A stretch of 64,000 nt of DNA. Source: Rhodosorus marinus CCMP1338 (taxonomy: Eukaryota > Plantae > Rhodophyta). The DNA lies in assembly GCA_029953675.1 (NCBI GenBank), contig JAMWBK010000010.1, positions 1,240,001 through 1,304,000 on the forward strand, written 5' to 3'. The stretch's first letter is position 1. Each line of letters starts with the position of its first letter. Both the position numbers and the translations under genes were made by a program. Positions 59,233 through 64,000 of the stretch are shown piece by piece. Under the pieces are notes generated by a model. It saw only the letters and a list, made by a program, of their open reading frames with translations. It did not search any database and was not told the origin of the DNA.

Positions 59233-61681
59233 ATGGGAAACAAGGCAAGTGGTGTCAGGAAGGGTAGGACCAGCACATTCTCCGTGAACTTGTCTGTTCT
59301 TTGCTGTAGTTTTTTGGATCTGTTCGACGCTTCCTGGGCGTATTTGCTGACCATGTGGTCTGTATTCCTTCGTTACAGTTTTTAAGAAGAAAACGCCCGA
59401 GAAGGAGGATACAAACGCAAGTACGACAAGGGCGACCCCAGCACCCTCGAAACCCGCTCAGACAGCTGGTACGGCCGGAGCGAGTGCCAGTGCTACAGTA
59501 AAGAACAAATTAAAGCCTATTTTCAAAGAAGAGAAGCCGGAAAAGCCGCCGACTGAAGATGAGAAACTTGGACTGCGACATATTGACTTTATCAATGTAC
59601 ATCGGAAGGACTATACGGGGAGAATTGAACTGCTTCAGGGCAGAGTGGAGAAACTATCAAAGGCTGATGAAACGGACCTACTTATCGTGTACCTATCTGA
59701 GAGGGGATCATACAAAGGGAATCGGGATTCGGCTCTTGCAGGGCTGAACAGGTGTGGTATTTCGCTTGAGCAGCTGGAGAAAGAGACAAAACCTCAGCCG
59801 AGCTACAGAAAACATTATCACTGTTGGTTGTCTCGGCAGATCAGTAGACCACGGCCACCAGGGTTCGAATACAAAAGACTGCTTGTGTACGAGGACCCCG
59901 GCGAGGAACTCACGCAGGATGACAACATCGTCCTCGACATTATGAACTGCATGACAACAGTTATTGGAGGTGACATTCAGATTGCTTCGGTCATGCTCCC
60001 ACTGTCGGGAGCACTGCTCTCTCCTTCGTTGAGGAAGCATTTTGTGCAAGCTGCAATCAAAGTCACGTACGCGTGGATGATGATGGGTTTACCGCTAAGG
60101 ATTGTGAAGATTCTGCTTCCTGATTCCGACATTTCTCGTGACATAGAAGTTTTCCAGCATACAAAGGAAAAGCTCTTACGTTCCAGCTCGCTGCCTGCCT
60201 CGCTGAACGAGTATGACGTCTTCATGAGTTATTCAGCCGCCGAGAAAGCGGCTGCAGAGCGGATGATAAGCACGCTGAGGTCGAAAGCTCCTGGTATTCG
60301 AATCTACGATGCTGAGGCCAGGGACGTCAAGGTACGAGACAGGGGTATTGTTCACCAGCCAGTAATGGAGGCAATTAGCAAGTCGAGGTTCTTCCTACCG
60401 CTTCTCTCGGACAGCTTCTTTAATGCAGTTGAATGCACGGAGGCATTTTCTTTGGCCTATTGTCGTGATTTTGACTTGCAAGGGAACTTTATCATTCCGC
60501 TGTACTGGAGGAACTGTGACCTGACGCCTATGGCGAGAAGATTGGTGGCAACGGAAGGAGTGGATTGTCGAGAGGCGTCGTTTGAAGCTGCCTACCCAAT
60601 TTTGGAAGAAATCCTGCGCGCAGTGAAGCAAGCCGATCGCCATGGCCCCACAGAGATAACACATGACGCTATTGAGGGAACGCAGCCCGCAGAGATGCAG
60701 CTCGCGGATGCACTTCTCATGAAACGGAAGAAGATGGAGGAACACAGCATGATTTTTGAGCCGACCGACCGGGACAACAAGACCTATGGATTTTTGGACA
60801 AGAGTTGGATAGATGAGTGGTCCATTGACTTTAAGGCTCTCATTTTCGGGGCGCGGATCGGTGCAGGAGGATTCGGTGAGGTGTACAAGGGCAAGTTTAA
60901 GGACGACATGGTTGCGGTGAAGACGCTACAGAGAGTTGAAGATGATGAACCCAAGGATGTTGTTAAGGAATTCATGGTAGAAATGAAGTTGATGTCGGGG
61001 CTTGTTCACTCGAACATCGTTAAGTTTATTGGAGCAGCTGTAGAACCTCCAAATCTTGCCATTGTTCTAGAGTTTATGCAGGGCGGTTCGCTCTACCGTG
61101 CTATTCACCGTCGAAGAAGGAACATGATGGGCGCGTTTCCTTTGCTGAAAGCGACGTGGATTGCTTATGGTGTGGCTAAGGGAATGGAATACTTGCACTC
61201 GCAGTACCCGGTTATAATTCATCGAGATTTGAAATCACCAAATATTCTTCTCGGCAGTAACGTACACCAGGTGAAGGTTTCAGATTTCGGCTTGTCGCGA
61301 CTGCGAGTTTCTACGTACGTTAAGACGGGCCCTGGTGGAACTCCAGAGTGGATGGCACCGGAACTCCTTCGCCAAGAGAAATTTGACGAATCGTCGGACG
61401 TCTTTTCTTTTGGTGTCGTCTTGTGGGAGTTACTAACATGTGAAAAACCGTGGAAAGATGAACACCCAATGCAAATTGTATTTAAGGTTGGTTCTCGCGG
61501 CGAGAAACTAGTTCTTCCGCCCACCGTGCAAGCGCCTCCGGAGTTCAAGGATATGATAAACTCGTGCTTCAACGATAAGCCCGCTCGAAGGCCCCAATTT
61601 TCTAGCCTGGTCAAGTCGCTTGAGTTCATCCTGCGCAAGATTGAGGCCCAGCGAGCCGCCGCCGAGAATGCTGACAAATAG
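59233..61681 (+). CDS. N-myristoylated (macro-like)-TIR-Raf/TKL protein kinase, 2 exons
   Basis: MGNKAS start; a phase-1 intron joins into the 678-aa ORF frame. TIR: YDVFMSYS..IYD..AISKSRFFLPLLS..FIIPLYW. Kinase: IGAGGFGEVYKG, VAVK, HRDLKSPNILL, DFGLSR, GTPEWMAPE, DVFSFGVVLWEL. Confidence 0.93.
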
Positions 61682-62130
61682 GAAACGTGCCAAGCCGTAT
61701 GCTCTGCCCCCTAATATGTGACATAGTGTTTGGTAGCCGAGAATAAGGAGATTTTTTTTGGCTGAAAGCGTCTCCTTGAGGTAAAAGGTGAGACTTTGCC
61801 CGACCAATGACGATCTCGAAGTAATGCTACTATCCTGGTCCTCAAATGCTCGCGCACACGACAAAGCCAACCGCACTGCCTTGGCCGTCTCGCTGCTTGA
61901 CGAACAAAAACGATGAAGTCAGGGTGCCTATACGAATGGAGTCTAGGGCGGAACTGGATCCCTCGAAATCGTCTCCTTCCCGGGACGTGGGTAAAGTCCA
62001 ATTGCTTACCGAGTCGAAAATAAATGTACTTTGGTTTTTACAGAAAGCACAATCTCATTTTGAAGAAAATTGTGCTAGCTCTCTACCGAGATGTTATAAT
62101 GCATAAATTGGTTCAATATGTGGCAGCCTG

Positions 62131-64000
62131 TCACAGCACCTTCAGTATCCTCCGCATATCTTGATTCACGGAAAATCCTCTGTCCTTGAAAGCCTTGGAT
62201 GACAAAAACTCTCCGGTGTTCGTAATTCCCATCTCACGGGCTCGCGCGTTGAAGTCGGCTAGATCAATTTCTACGTTCACTTCGCCGCTGTCGTGCGTGA
62301 CTGTACCGTGAGAAGTCAAGTAGTCTCTGACCAATCTACTGACAAGATAGAACAGTAGCTCGAAATCATTCCGATAGTACGTTAAGTACTTGAAGAATTT
62401 ACGCTTGAGGCCTCTCATGACAGAGAATTTCTGGCTCTGGAAGAAGGACTCCAGCATCACGCTAATCGCAACGTTCACGTCATCGTCTCTGACGTAGCTG
62501 CGCAGATGCATCCTCGCTCGGGCTTCCGACATACGGACGATAGACTCCAGGTGCCTTAACGCGATCGGCATTCCTCCACTGCTCAGTGACTCACGCCGAA
62601 GATCGATGTACAGGCGGCTGATTTTCTCGTGGTCTACGTTCCCGAATCGGGGGGACGCGGTGCGGCGGGCAAAGATGAGATACTTCCTCAGCAGGTCCTG
62701 CGGAATCAACTCGACGTTGGTCTCAGACATGACCTAAGGGAGGAACGCATTACAAACTGGCTTAGAGACTCACAAGTTCCACGAAAGATAAAAATCGAAG
62801 GTTCTATGAAATCACGCACCGGCGCCTCGTTTGCTTCAGCGAGCTTGGATGTTCTAGACTCCGACGGATGAGACGAACTGTGCGAATTGACAACGAATCG
62901 TGCGAGGTTCTCATCAACCAGGGGATCAACTGCATCTCGGACTACGCAAAGGACGTCGAATCTCGACAGAATCGGCTCGGTCAAGTCCACGTTCTCGGAG
63001 AAGCTTACGCTGGAGTCGTACCGTCCTTTCACAGGGTTTGCCGCGGCAATAACGGAGCACCTTGCCTGTAGCGTTGTGACAATGCCAGCTTTGGAAATGG
63101 AGATCGTTTGCTGTTCCATTGCCTCATGGATTGAAGTTCGATCTTGATCATTCATCTTATCGAACTCATCGATCAAGCAGGTTCCCCTGTCCGCCAAGAC
63201 AAGCGCACCACCTTCAAGAACCCACTCCCCTGAAACCGCATCTTTGCGAACCGCAGCTGTCAACCCCACGGCAGAAGCTCCCTTGCCGGTGGTATAGACC
63301 GCTCTGTTTGCAGTCTTCTCAACGTACTTGAGGAACTGGGATTTGGCAGTTCCTGGATCACCCAGCAGCAGAACGTTGATGTCTCCTCGAATGCGATGCT
63401 TCTCTCCGACTTCCTTCGCTTGTCCACCGAACAAACTCAACGCAATAGCTGTCTTGATGTCCTTGTGGCCATAGATTGAAGGTGCCATGGACGCAATGAT
63501 CCTGTCCGCAATCTTCGGGTCCTGGGACAGTTTCCTCAGCTCAAAGATCTCATCATCAGTCAAATCTTCCGTAACGTCCGACTCATCCATCTTTCGGACG
63601 TAGTTTGCTCGAATAACCGTCGAGAAAACGGGGAAACCATTCTTGATGTTGAGGCTGATATCTGGGCAATGGGTATAGACCCCGGTGACTTCGACTGCAT
63701 CACCCGGACGAGCACAATCAATCAAGTCGGCTGTGATCATGACGTCCTTCTGCCTGGGCAATCGACCGGCTGGCACACTTCCGGGGCTCTCTTGTATCGT
63801 CATTCTCTGGAAGTTATCGAAGACCGTTTGCTCGGCGTTGACCTTGAAGGGCCCACGAGATCCACACTCGCTGCACTGTGAAACTGCCTTCTCCGGTCTC
63901 GCTCCTGCGACTCCTGTTGGGACTTGAACAGCTCCGCATCTTTGGCAATCCAACTTGACGATCTTCATATGCGGAAACACTCCAGTTCTTCTCGTAACCA
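62131..64000 (-). CDS. MCM2: DNA replication licensing factor MCM2 (3' part; 5' end outside window)
   Basis: [106 protein letters not shown]; intron at ~62735-62815. Confidence 0.97.

Noticed and set aside
1-64000. tRNA, rRNA or snRNA genes
   Set aside because: No cloverleaf with A/B boxes or known structural RNA signature was seen by eye; a covariance-model scan (tRNAscan-SE, Infernal) would be needed to exclude them.

Overview
Eukaryotic nuclear DNA with short GT-AG introns (mostly ~50-110 nt, a few ~200-250 nt). Several genes carry M-x-(A/C/G)-F-V type plastid transit peptides, which suggests a red alga; this is an inference. The window has two very different halves. (1) 1-~26.9 kb is a repeat-rich duplicated block. 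It holds three copies of a PDR-type ABCG transporter: one apparently intact, one decayed 3' half and one internally deleted. These are interleaved with nested mobile DNA: CRE-clade non-LTR retrotransposons of at least two or three subfamilies (one 2.9-kb copy with an 8-bp TSD inside an intron-containing hAT transposase, plus many 3' fragments and 16-33-bp tail-only insertions), a long foldback-like inverted-repeat element in three copies, and a solo LTR. (2) ~27.2-64 kb is gene-dense: a dimeric alpha+beta barrel protein, mnmA, a small plastid-targeted unknown, PA200/Blm10, an ER DnaJ, a Rid2-RidA tandem fusion, TatA, a probable TauE/SafE-alpha/beta-hydrolase fusion, HflX, a large helical-repeat unknown, a myristoylated (macro-like)-TIR-Raf-like kinase, and MCM2 (runs off the right edge). 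The best leads are the TIR-kinase fusion, the two plastid fusion proteins, and the insertion behaviour of the CRE elements. I saw no tRNA, rRNA or CRISPR array. Exon boundaries were inferred by eye, and family assignments come from motif recognition, not database searches.
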